Shown piece by piece: positions 28,899-36,920 of a DNA stretch of 45,942 nucleotides. The stretch is from an uncultured Ruminococcus sp. (GTDB lineage Bacteria; Bacillota; Clostridia; Oscillospirales; CAG-272), in NCBI GenBank assembly GCA_902783755.1, contig CACZSC010000149.1, forward strand, positions 1 to 45,942, read 5' to 3'. Every line of letters starts with the position of its first letter. Position 1 is the first letter of the stretch. The notes beneath the pieces are model-generated. The model saw nothing but the letters and a program-made list of their open reading frames with translations. It ran no database searches and was not told the DNA's origin. The position numbers were made by a program, and so were the translations under genes.

Positions 28899-31800
28899 TT
28901 ATTTGTATTTGAGGTACGATTCAAATGCATCAGCCGCATCTGAAAGATACTTTGCTATCTGATCTGCCGAACTGTTGCCGATGGTCGTGAGCTCTTCGGC
29001 TGCTGCCCTTAGCTCCTCGATGCTCTGGCTCTTGATGGCGGCTTTTGCTTTCGCCACCGCAGGGTTCGTCGCCGTATCCGCCTCCAGCAGCTCTATCGCT
29101 TCCTCGGCCTGACCAAGCCTCTTGGACGCGAGAGTCTGTCCGACCTCCAGAGTCTCCAGATCGAACTCCGTTCTCTTTCTGGTGATCTCTTTGTTTATCG
29201 CGTTGATGTGACCCAGCAGGGACTGTACGGGATCGGCGTGGTTGTTGTATGCGTTCGCAAATGCGAATCCTGTGTAACGGTCTATGATATACGTTCCGGG
29301 GTACTGCGGTATCGCCGTCGTGTGGTCTTTCTGTTTCATCAGCTGTGAGTATTCTCTGGATGTCCAGGGGAGCTCTTCGAGCGCCTCTATATTGGCCGTC
29401 GCATTCTTTGCGGCGTCACCGAGGATCGCGACCAGCTCGTTTGAATAGTCGACCTGGAACTTCGTGTCTGTATACCAGCACATGAATTTCCATGCGGATT
29501 CGATGTCGTCCGCCCCAGACATCATGACCAGTGCGCTGGAGGAAGTGACCGAAGTATTGTCAATGGTCCCGTCTTCCCTTTCCACACCGGGTATCGGGCC
29601 GAACTCCCAGAGCCCGGCAAGCTCCGTCGCGAAGATTATGATGTTGTTGTAGGTGGTGTATCCCCCTATGAACAGCGGCATCTCGCCAGACCTGAACCTG
29701 TTGACCGCGTTGTATGATACCGGCAGCGAGTACTGCGTGAACATGTTGCACAGCGTCTCGAACGACTCCAGCGCAAGGTTGGAGTCCAGGTTGATCCTCA
29801 TTCCGTCATCCGCCCACAGGTCTCCTCCCATCTGGTACAGGAAGAGCTTGTAGCTGTTCGGGATCCCTATCTCCATGTTGTTGAACTGGAGCACCGGGAT
29901 CATGGCGAGGAGATCGTCCCAGGTCTTGGGAACGTCGTATCCCAGGTCGGCTATTATGTCTGTCCTGTAGAACAGCATGTCCCAGTCCTGGGTGTCCGGC
30001 AGACCGTATGTCTTGCCGTACAGCGTCATCGGGATGATGGCCGCCGGAGTGAACCTTTCGGTTATCTCATGGAAGTTCGAGAATATCTCCCTGAGTTCCG
30101 CGTTCTTGCTTTTAACCTCATCGGTATCCTCAGGCTGATCTTCATACGCTTCCGGATTCACGGCGTATACCGCGGAACGGATCGCGTACTGGATGGGATC
30201 GACGCCCGTGCCGGGCAGAGCGACTTCCGGGCCTATGCCCGCAAGCACCGACGGCAGCAGCGTGCCTCCCGCCACAAGTTTCAGGGATGCATCTATGTTG
30301 TACTGGGGACCGAAATCGTTGTCTATCAGGGTCCTCATGATCTGGGCCTGATCACGGCCTGTGGTGACCCAGACTTCTATTTCCTTCTCGGCATTCTCCC
30401 TGCTCTTTGTCTCATCGGAGGCACCGAGCGAGTTGTAGTCGTTGAAGAATGTCGCAAAGAACTGCTTGATCTCATACCAGAGGGACTGGAAGAAGTTCGC
30501 CTCGGCCTTAGGCTTCTCAGCCGATGCCGGCTGTATGTTGATCCAGTCTATTTCAAGAGGCTGTTTCTTGACGTTGTTGATCCATTCGCTGAGAGTACCG
30601 ACCTTGTTCTTCAGGTCGTTTATGTTCTTTGCTATCTGCTCCTCGTCCGTTCCCATCTTTAAGAGAAGCCTCTGGATCTCATCGATCGTCGCGGAGTTCT
30701 CGGACTTGATGTTCGCCATGTTCTCGACATAGCTCGTGACATCCCGCAGCACCTGTCCCTGGATCACGAAATCCCGGACCACGTCCGGAAGGACTCGTCC
30801 GAATCCGTAGTCTCTGTATTCGTCGGGATTGGCGCCCGTCAGCTTGATGACCTGCAGATAGTCATTGTTGAGCGAATTGAGCACCTTCGAGACCGTACCG
30901 ACCACGTTTCCCATTTCCCCGAGAGTCACCTCGAGTCTGATGGTATGCTTTCCCGGCTCCAGCCAGAACTGGAATGTATCGGCACCGTCGTTGGCCGCTT
31001 CAACCTGCCAGTTGTTGTTGTAATTGAACTTGAGGTAGTTCGCCTCCTCGAACGGAACTACGCCGTCCACGTAGAGCCTTCTCGAGGTGTACATGCCCGT
31101 CAGCTCGTTCTGGCGGAACCTGAACACTATCTCGTACATGCCCGCAGTGGTGACATCGAATTCGTATTCCACCCACTGACCGGGTGTCACCCACTTTTCT
31201 CCGCCTATGGAGTTGAGCCTTATCTTCGCAGGGTCCTGCGGCTCCGACATGGCGGACTTCCTGTCGTACACGGGGTAGATTGTATAGTCCGAAACCTTGG
31301 ACGGCGTCTCGGCATTGATATGTATGATCTCGTCCGTCACGGCTTCGGCTTTCCCGCTTGAATAACTTGCATAGGAGGTCTTGTCCTTGTAGGGATATAT
31401 CCTCAGCCCTCCGATGACCGATTCCTCTCTGACCGAACCGAGGCCGATGGTGTTCTCCCCGGCTTTGAGGTAGATCTGGAACGGATTCGGGTAATAGCCG
31501 TTCGGGTCATTCACGGTGTATGTCGCCCATTCGTAGACCACCGACGACACCGGACGGAGCTCGTTCCCCTGGGAGTCGGTCTCGAACCTGCCGTTGTCCG
31601 CGTACTGGTTGACCCAGGTCTTTTTCATTATGAGGTCGCGGACTTCGGCGAACGGAACTGCCCCGTTGATATACAGAGTCTTTTCCACCGAGTTCGTTTT
31701 TGATGTGACCGGGCAATAATCGATATCGATCGCGTACATTCCCTCTTCCGGCACCGTCACCTTCCAGGTCACTATACCGTCATCGGCGATCCGCAGCGAC

Positions 31801-32108
31801 GTTCCCTCCCGGCCGTTGAAATCCCTTTCGACCTTAACTTCGACAGTGGTCAGCTGCTTGTCGTACTTGGCTGCGGGGATGTAGATGTCCTCCGTACCCT
31901 TTCCGACCCCGCCGTACATCTCGGTGTACTCGTTGTACGACTTCGTCTTGAGCGCATCCGTTACCTCCTGCAGCGTGTTCCTTTGACTGTCCTGGGCATT
32001 ATCCCCGGACGAATCAGAGTCCGCTGCGACAATAAGCGGAAGCGACGTCAGGCATATGATTGCCGCCAGGCCGAGGCTGAGCAATCTTTTACCAACGGGT
32101 TTTCTCAT
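28899..32108 (-). CDS. Giant (1069-aa) extracellular solute-binding protein. It has an N-terminal duplicated beta-sandwich (CBM-like) region, a family-1 SBP core and a C-terminal helical tail.
   Basis: The signal/anchor is MRKPVGKRLLSLGLAAIICLTSLPLIVAA. Two related modules are present: IVTWKVTVPEEGMYAIDIDY..LYINGAVPFAEV and WVEYEFDVTTAGMYEIVFRF..LYVDGVVPFEEA. The SBP-like core reads IEVWVTTGRDQAQ..LPDTQDWDMLFYRTD. The RBS AGGAGGAAGACA lies upstream. Confidence 0.7.
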   Translation of the reverse strand: MRKPVGKRLLSLGLAAIICLTSLPLIVAADSDSSGDNAQDSQRNTLQEVTDALKTKSYNEYTEMYGGVGKGTEDIYIPAAKYDKQLTTVEVKVERDFNGREGTSLRIADDGIVTWKVTVPEEGMYAIDIDYCPVTSKTNSVEKTLYINGAVPFAEVRDLIMKKTWVNQYADNGRFETDSQGNELRPVSSVVYEWATYTVNDPNGYYPNPFQIYLKAGENTIGLGSVREESVIGGLRIYPYKDKTSYASYSSGKAEAVTDEIIHINAETPSKVSDYTIYPVYDRKSAMSEPQDPAKIRLNSIGGEKWVTPGQWVEYEFDVTTAGMYEIVFRFRQNELTGMYTSRRLYVDGVVPFEEANYLKFNYNNNWQVEAANDGADTFQFWLEPGKHTIRLEVTLGEMGNVVGTVSKVLNSLNNDYLQVIKLTGANPDEYRDYGFGRVLPDVVRDFVIQGQVLRDVTSYVENMANIKSENSATIDEIQRLLLKMGTDEEQIAKNINDLKNKVGTLSEWINNVKKQPLEIDWINIQPASAEKPKAEANFFQSLWYEIKQFFATFFNDYNSLGASDETKSRENAEKEIEVWVTTGRDQAQIMRTLIDNDFGPQYNIDASLKLVAGGTLLPSVLAGIGPEVALPGTGVDPIQYAIRSAVYAVNPEAYEDQPEDTDEVKSKNAELREIFSNFHEITERFTPAAIIPMTLYGKTYGLPDTQDWDMLFYRTDIIADLGYDVPKTWDDLLAMIPVLQFNNMEIGIPNSYKLFLYQMGGDLWADDGMRINLDSNLALESFETLCNMFTQYSLPVSYNAVNRFRSGEMPLFIGGYTTYNNIIIFATELAGLWEFGPIPGVEREDGTIDNTSVTSSSALVMMSGADDIESAWKFMCWYTDTKFQVDYSNELVAILGDAAKNATANIEALEELPWTSREYSQLMKQKDHTTAIPQYPGTYIIDRYTGFAFANAYNNHADPVQSLLGHINAINKEITRKRTEFDLETLEVGQTLASKRLGQAEEAIELLEADTATNPAVAKAKAAIKSQSIEELRAAAEELTTIGNSSADQIAKYLSDAADAFESYLKYK

Positions 32109-32276
32109 GTTGTCTTCCTCCTGGTATGAAAAGGCTCTCTTTTTGCGGAAAGCCCGAAAAACTACTTCATCAGGCGCGTTTTCCCGTCCTTCCGAAGGAC
32201 CGAAAACTGCAGCTTCGGGGCCCGTTTTCAGGGCATCTGTTATGCAAAAACTATTTTTTACGCCATCATATAGTCT

Positions 32277-32305
32277 ATGATATCACACTACCCCCGCAAT
32301 GTCAA
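32277..32305 (-). promoter_or_regulatory. Candidate sigma-A promoter of the sugar locus
   Basis: On the minus strand: TTGACA (32305-32300), a 17-nt spacer, then TATCAT (32282-32277) preceded by TG. This leaves a leader of ~160 nt before the ATG at 32108. Confidence 0.5.
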
Positions 32306-32784
32306 TAAAATCAAGGGATTTCAAGGGGTTGCGAAGGCATGAAAACCGTCCGTTTCATCGCTGTTTCCGCGCTTGTTTTTGTCAGTTTTGCACACAACTT
32401 TTCAGATATCCGGAAATGATGCAAAAAACGCTCTTTTAACCCCGGATCCGTCGTTATCTTTGGGTAAATATACATTACCCCGGCCTGTCTTATCTTGGGC
32501 AGCTGTATACGATATGTCGGACCTCCCTCCCTGTGCGGCGAGCGGGTAATAATAAATTACCTTTTCCCAAGGAGCAGGAAAAGCCTTCTTTTGTCTTTTT
32601 GCACACCCGCCGGGGGCGATTTTTGTATAAAACCAACAAATTTTAGCTTATTTTTTCTATACGTATACAAAGTGCACAAATACGCTGTCGGGACAGTTTC
32701 GCCCTGCCGGCTCCCCGGCGTCCCGCCTTTGGCGTATCCCGCACTTTACGGGTGACATCCCGGCGCGGCTCCGTTAATTATCCG

Positions 32785-32813
32785 TTGACAAAGTTATTTT
32801 TTAAATATATAAT
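32785..32813 (+). promoter_or_regulatory. Consensus sigma-A promoter of the glucokinase gene
   Basis: TTGACA (32785-32790), a 17-nt spacer, then TATAAT (32808-32813). Confidence 0.65.
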
Positions 32814-32853
32814 CTGTACGTGAAATTCCGGACGGAAGAAAGGACGCAGACAT

Positions 32854-33816
32854 ATGTATTACATAGGTGTTGACCTCGGCGGGACAAACATAGCCGTAGG
32901 CATCGTTGACGAAGAGTTCAAGATCGTTAAGAAAGGAAGCGTTCCCACAAAACCCGAACGCGGCGTCGACCCGATCATCGAGGATATGGCAGGCCTTTCA
33001 TACAGGCTCATGGAAGACACGGGGATCACACTGGATGACATCGCGTGGGTAGGCGTTGCGGCCCCGGGAACAGCGAACCGGGACACAGGCATCCTCGAGT
33101 ACGCCAACAACATCCCCTTCCTTAAATACCCGCTCGCGGAAAGGATGTCTTCCCTGATGGGCGGAAAGCCCGTGTATATAGAAAATGACGCCAACGCCGC
33201 GGCAAAGGCGGAAGCCATCGTAGGCGCAGGAGCCGGATACCCGTACTTCGTGATGATCACCCTCGGCACAGGTCTGGGCGGAGGCATCATACTCAACGGA
33301 CAGGTCTATTCAGGCTTCAATTTTGCGGGAGCCGAGCTGGGCCACATGGTCATAGAAGAGGGCGGCAGACCCTGTACCTGCGGAAGGCGCGGCTGCTGGG
33401 AAGCATACAGCTCCGCCACCGGTCTTTCAAAGATCACTGTTGACCACATCGTCAGGGCACGCAAGAAAGGCATACCGACAGTTATGGAGGACATGATCGG
33501 AGGAGATCTGTCCAGAGTTTCTGCCAGGACCGCATTCAATGCCATGAAGAGCGGCGACAAAGTCGGCAGGGAGGCCGTCGACGAATACATCAAATACCTG
33601 GCGTCGGGCCTCGTGAACATCATCAACATCTTCCAGCCCAACGTCCTGGCCATAGGCGGCGGGGTGTGCAACGAGGGCGACTACCTGCTGAAGCCCCTGT
33701 TCGAGAGAATCTGGAAAGAGACATACACGAAGGAGGGCACTCCCAGGACGAAAGTCGTGATAGCCAAGCTCGGAAACGACGCCGGCATCATCGGCGCGGC
33801 AGTCCTCGGACTGTAA
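32854..33816 (+). CDS. glcK: ROK-family glucokinase
   Basis: This 320-aa ORF begins directly with the ATP-binding motif MYYIGVDLGGTNIAVGIV, so it has no N-terminal HTH and is a kinase rather than a ROK repressor. It also has the ROK zinc motif GHMVIEEGGRPCTCGRRGCWEAY. Confidence 0.85.
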   Translation: MYYIGVDLGGTNIAVGIVDEEFKIVKKGSVPTKPERGVDPIIEDMAGLSYRLMEDTGITLDDIAWVGVAAPGTANRDTGILEYANNIPFLKYPLAERMSSLMGGKPVYIENDANAAAKAEAIVGAGAGYPYFVMITLGTGLGGGIILNGQVYSGFNFAGAELGHMVIEEGGRPCTCGRRGCWEAYSSATGLSKITVDHIVRARKKGIPTVMEDMIGGDLSRVSARTAFNAMKSGDKVGREAVDEYIKYLASGLVNIINIFQPNVLAIGGGVCNEGDYLLKPLFERIWKETYTKEGTPRTKVVIAKLGNDAGIIGAAVLGL

Positions 33817-33833
33817 GACCGTCGTTTCACCAG

Positions 33834-33866
33834 AAAACCGCAGCAAATACTGCGGTTTTGTTTTTT
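33834..33866 (+). terminator. Intrinsic terminator after the glucokinase gene
   Basis: AACCGCAG (33836-33843) pairs with CTGCGGTT (33850-33857) across a 6-nt loop. TTGTTTTTT follows. Confidence 0.8.
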
Positions 33867-33936
33867 CCGCCAATCCCGTTCAGTCGCGGACCCGGTATTT
33901 TGTTTATTGTGTAAATCGTTTTTCTCCGTTACCGTA

Positions 33937-33965
33937 TTGAACATTGAAATGGATGGTGATAGAAT
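33937..33965 (+). promoter_or_regulatory. Sigma-A promoter of the paaK-ACT unit
   Basis: TTGAAC (33937-33942), a 17-nt spacer, then TAGAAT (33960-33965) with TG at 33957-33958. Confidence 0.55.
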
Positions 33966-34022
33966 ATACGGAAATCAGCTGATATCCATCCCCGGCCCGG
34001 ATTCGGGCCACAGGAGGCACAC

Positions 34023-35327
34023 ATGGAGCTTTACTACCAGAAAGAAATCGAGACGGCTTCCCCGGAGCAGATAAGGGAGTGGCAGAACGAACGGTTCCTC
34101 AACACGCTCGGGCACGTCTGGGAAAACAACAAGTACTACAAGAAGAAGATGCTCGAGAAGGGGGTCATCCCGGAGGACATCCACTCCATCGATGACATGT
34201 GGAAACTGCCCTATCTGACGAAAGACGATCTTAGGGAAGCATATCCCTACGGTCTCATGTCAGCCCCCCTTTCCGATTGCGTAAGGATCCAGTCCACCAG
34301 CGGGACCACCGGAAAGCGGGTCGTGGCGTTCTACACCAAAGAGGATATCGATCTCTGGGAGGACTGCTGTGCACGCGCCATAGTAGCCGCAGGCGGAACG
34401 AAAGAGGACGTGGTCCAGGTCTGCTACGGCTACGGCCTGTTCACCGGAGGAAACGGCCTTCACGGAGGATCACACAAAGTGGGCTGTCTTACTCTCCCCA
34501 TGTCATCCGGAAACACCGAGCGCCAGCTTCAGTTCATGGTCGACCTGGAGTCCACCATCCTCTGCTGTACTCCGTCATACGCGGCCTATCTGGCCGAATC
34601 CATCCATGAAAAGGGGATCAGGAACGACATAAAGCTCAAGGCCGGCATATTCGGCGCTGAAGCATGGACCGAGGAGATGCGGAAAGACATCGAATCAAGG
34701 CTCGGCATAAAGGCTTATGACATATACGGGCTTACCGAGCTTTCCGGCCCAGGCGTCGCATTCGAATGCTGCGAGCAGACCGGAATGCACATCAACGAGG
34801 ATCACTTTATAGTGGAGACCATAGACCCCGAGACCGGCAAGGTGCTTCCCGAAGGCGAAAAGGGCGAGCTTGTCTTCACCAGCATCACGAAGAGAGCCTT
34901 CCCTCTCCTCAGATACAGGACGAAGGACATCGCTGTCCTGAAGAGGGAGAAATGCTCCTGCGGCAGGACGTTCGTCAAGATGTCGAAGCCCATGGGAAGA
35001 AGCGACGACATGCTCATCATCAAGGGCGTCAACGTGTTCCCGTCACAGATCGAGACGGTCCTCCTGAACCAGGGGCTCACATCCAACTATCAGATAGTCG
35101 TCGACCGCGTGGGCACCACCGATTCCATCGAGATCAATGTTGAGATGACCCCCGAACTGTTCAGCGATACCATCAACACCATCGAGATAAGGGAGAGACA
35201 GATCACCGAGGCCATGAAATCCATGCTCGGGATATATGCGAAAGTATCGATAGTGGAACCCAAATCCATCATAAGAAGTGAAGGAAAAGCTGTCAGGGTG
35301 ATTGACAAAAGGAAGTTATACGGGTAA
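34023..35327 (+). CDS. paaK: Phenylacetate--CoA ligase family protein (PaaK-like adenylate-forming enzyme)
   Basis: This 434-aa ORF carries SPEQIREWQNERF, LPYLTKDDLREAYPYG, the AMP motif IQSTSGTTGKRVV, YGLTE, and C-terminal IIKGVNVFPSQIE. Confidence 0.85.
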   Translation: MELYYQKEIETASPEQIREWQNERFLNTLGHVWENNKYYKKKMLEKGVIPEDIHSIDDMWKLPYLTKDDLREAYPYGLMSAPLSDCVRIQSTSGTTGKRVVAFYTKEDIDLWEDCCARAIVAAGGTKEDVVQVCYGYGLFTGGNGLHGGSHKVGCLTLPMSSGNTERQLQFMVDLESTILCCTPSYAAYLAESIHEKGIRNDIKLKAGIFGAEAWTEEMRKDIESRLGIKAYDIYGLTELSGPGVAFECCEQTGMHINEDHFIVETIDPETGKVLPEGEKGELVFTSITKRAFPLLRYRTKDIAVLKREKCSCGRTFVKMSKPMGRSDDMLIIKGVNVFPSQIETVLLNQGLTSNYQIVVDRVGTTDSIEINVEMTPELFSDTINTIEIRERQITEAMKSMLGIYAKVSIVEPKSIIRSEGKAVRVIDKRKLYG

Positions 35328-35369
35328 TATATATATTGATGAAAAGAAGTTGTTGAGGAGGATTTAGTC

Positions 35370-35804
35370 ATGTCCGTCAGGCAGTTGTCTGTTTTTGCCG
35401 AAAACAAACAGGGGTCCCTCTACGAGACCACCGCGATCCTTTCCGACGCGGGAATAAACATAAGAGCTTTCAGCGTTGCTGACACAAACAGATACGGCGT
35501 TGTCCGGATGATAGTCGATGATCCGAGAGCCGCCGCCTTCGCCCTTTCCAGCGAAGGAAAGATAGTGAGCGTCACTGAAGTCGTCGGTGTCCAGATATCC
35601 GATTCCCAGGGCGGCCTTGCAAAACTCCTGGGCATCGTCTCCGGCGCGGGCATAAACGTCGAGTATCTGTACGCGTTCGTATCCTCCGTCCCGAACTGCG
35701 CAAACGTCGTGCTTCGTGTCTCTGACAATGAAGCCACTGAAAAAATCCTGAAGGACGCAGGTTATTCCCTGCTGACGGATGAGATAGCGAGAACCAAGAT
35801 ATAG
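35370..35804 (+). CDS. ACT domain-containing protein (tandem ACT, the usual partner of anaerobic paaK-like genes)
   Basis: This 144-aa ORF has two ACT-like halves, LSVFAENKQGSLYETTAILSDAGINIRAFSV and VGVQISDSQGGLAKLLGIVSGAGINVEYLYAF. The RBS GAGGAGGA lies upstream. Confidence 0.8.
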   Translation: MSVRQLSVFAENKQGSLYETTAILSDAGINIRAFSVADTNRYGVVRMIVDDPRAAAFALSSEGKIVSVTEVVGVQISDSQGGLAKLLGIVSGAGINVEYLYAFVSSVPNCANVVLRVSDNEATEKILKDAGYSLLTDEIARTKI

Positions 35805-35812
35805 AACAAAGG

Positions 35813-35837
35813 GCACAGCGTCACGCTGTGCTTTTTC
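35813..35837 (+). terminator. Intrinsic terminator after the ACT gene
   Basis: GCACAGCG (35813-35820) pairs with CGCTGTGC (35824-35831) across a 3-nt loop, followed by TTTTT. Confidence 0.75.
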
Positions 35838-35850
35838 GTTGCACATACGG

Positions 35851-35879
35851 TTGAACAAGCATGCCGGATGTGCTATACT
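35851..35879 (+). promoter_or_regulatory. Sigma-A promoter of the zinc-ribbon membrane protein gene
   Basis: TTGAAC (35851-35856), a 17-nt spacer, then TATACT (35874-35879) with TG at 35871-35872. The ORF-track start at 35839 lies upstream of this promoter. Confidence 0.55.
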
Positions 35880-35928
35880 TTCTGTAACGGAAATTGCCTC
35901 AAAATATATAGAAACAGGAGATTTTGTC

Positions 35929-36864
35929 ATGGAAGAAAAAAGATGCCCCAGATGCGGAGCAGTTATTCCGGAAGACGCAAAACACTGTCCCGAATGCGGT
36001 GTGAACCTTCAGGAAGCTCTGGCCGCTGCCGCCGAATCGGTAGCCGAAGCGGCGGCTGTTGCCGAGACCGCAGCGGAAAATGCGGTCGAAACAGCTGCTG
36101 AAAACACAGTAGACGCAGCCGAATCCGTAGCTGAATCAGCAGAAGCGACCGTGTCGGAAGCTGTTGAGGAAGTCAAAACCGACATCGCGGAGGCTGTTGC
36201 TGAAGCTCCTGCGCCGGCATTTATTCCCGAAGAACCGCAGCCGGCAGTCGACCAGCAGCCCTTCGTTGCGCCGCAGCCGGCTGAGCCCCCCGTCGAAAGA
36301 CCGGTCGGGCAGGCATACACCGCTCCGGTTGCTCCCGTTGCCCCCGCTGCACCTCAGGAGGATCCGAATCTCGCCAAGGAGCGGGAAAAGGAACTCAAGA
36401 GGCTCGAAAAGGAAAGAGAAGCCGCGGAGAAAGAGCAGCGCAGACTCGAAAAGGAAAGAGAAGCTGCAGAGAAAGAAGCCAGAAAGGAACAGGCCCGTCA
36501 GGAAGCTGAAGCGAAAGCAAGAGCTAAGGAGGAACGGAAAGAACGTCTCGCCAACCGCGCTCCTCTCACCGAGGATGACGTGTGGCGCACTCCATATCAG
36601 CCGATCTCTCCGTGGGGCTGGATCGGATACTGGATCCTGCTTGCCATCCCGGTCGTCGGTTTTGTGCTCAGCATAATCTGGGCTTGCGGAGGCACCAAGA
36701 AAAAGACCCTTCAGAACTACTGCATCGCACTGTGGATAGTCATCCTCGTGTGTGCGATCCTTCTGATCGCGGCATTCGTGGCCATCTGGATCGTCACCGG
36801 AAACCCGATAGAATGGTTCCAGAAGACACTCAACGAAATCGGAAACGCCATCTCTTCGATCTGA
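35929..36864 (+). CDS. Zinc-ribbon domain membrane protein with a long low-complexity (Ala/Glu, Pro, charged coiled) linker and two C-terminal TM helices
   Basis: The start is the ATG at 35929, after an AGGAG RBS. The N-terminus MEEKRCPRCGAVIPEDAKHCPECG is a CxxC..CxxC zinc ribbon. The charged repeat reads LEKEREAAEKE. The C-terminal TM helices are WIGYWILLAIPVVGFVLSIIWA and YCIALWIVILVCAILLIAAFVAIWIV. Confidence 0.7.
   Translation: MEEKRCPRCGAVIPEDAKHCPECGVNLQEALAAAAESVAEAAAVAETAAENAVETAAENTVDAAESVAESAEATVSEAVEEVKTDIAEAVAEAPAPAFIPEEPQPAVDQQPFVAPQPAEPPVERPVGQAYTAPVAPVAPAAPQEDPNLAKEREKELKRLEKEREAAEKEQRRLEKEREAAEKEARKEQARQEAEAKARAKEERKERLANRAPLTEDDVWRTPYQPISPWGWIGYWILLAIPVVGFVLSIIWACGGTKKKTLQNYCIALWIVILVCAILLIAAFVAIWIVTGNPIEWFQKTLNEIGNAISSI
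36403..36486 (+). repeat. Two copies of a 42-nt in-frame tandem repeat (LEKEREAAEKExxR/K)
   Basis: ctcgaaaaggaaagagaagccgcggagaaagagcagcgcaga (36403-36444) is followed by ctcgaaaaggaaagagaagctgcagagaaagaagccagaaag (36445-36486). Confidence 0.8.
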
Positions 36865-36885
36865 TCTTTTCACACAGAAAGATAT

Positions 36886-36920
36886 GAGCTCAGGCATCAA
36901 ATTCAGCCTGAGCTCTTTTT
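36886..36920. terminator. Intrinsic terminator between the convergent zinc-ribbon and ligase-fusion genes
   Basis: GAGCTCAGGC (36886-36895) pairs with GCCTGAGCTC (36906-36915) across a 10-nt loop, followed by TTTTT. Confidence 0.8.

Noticed and set aside
32495-32755. An 86-aa ORF in the long intergenic region.
   Set aside because: It has no Shine-Dalgarno sequence, an implausible composition (Cys/Pro/Leu/Phe-rich), no recognisable motif, and it spans AT-rich promoter-like DNA.
32854-33816. The ROK protein, considered as the missing transcriptional regulator of the divergent sugar locus.
   Set aside because: The protein starts directly with the kinase ATP-binding motif (MYYIGVDLGGTN) and has no N-terminal winged-helix domain. 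It is a glucokinase, not a ROK repressor.
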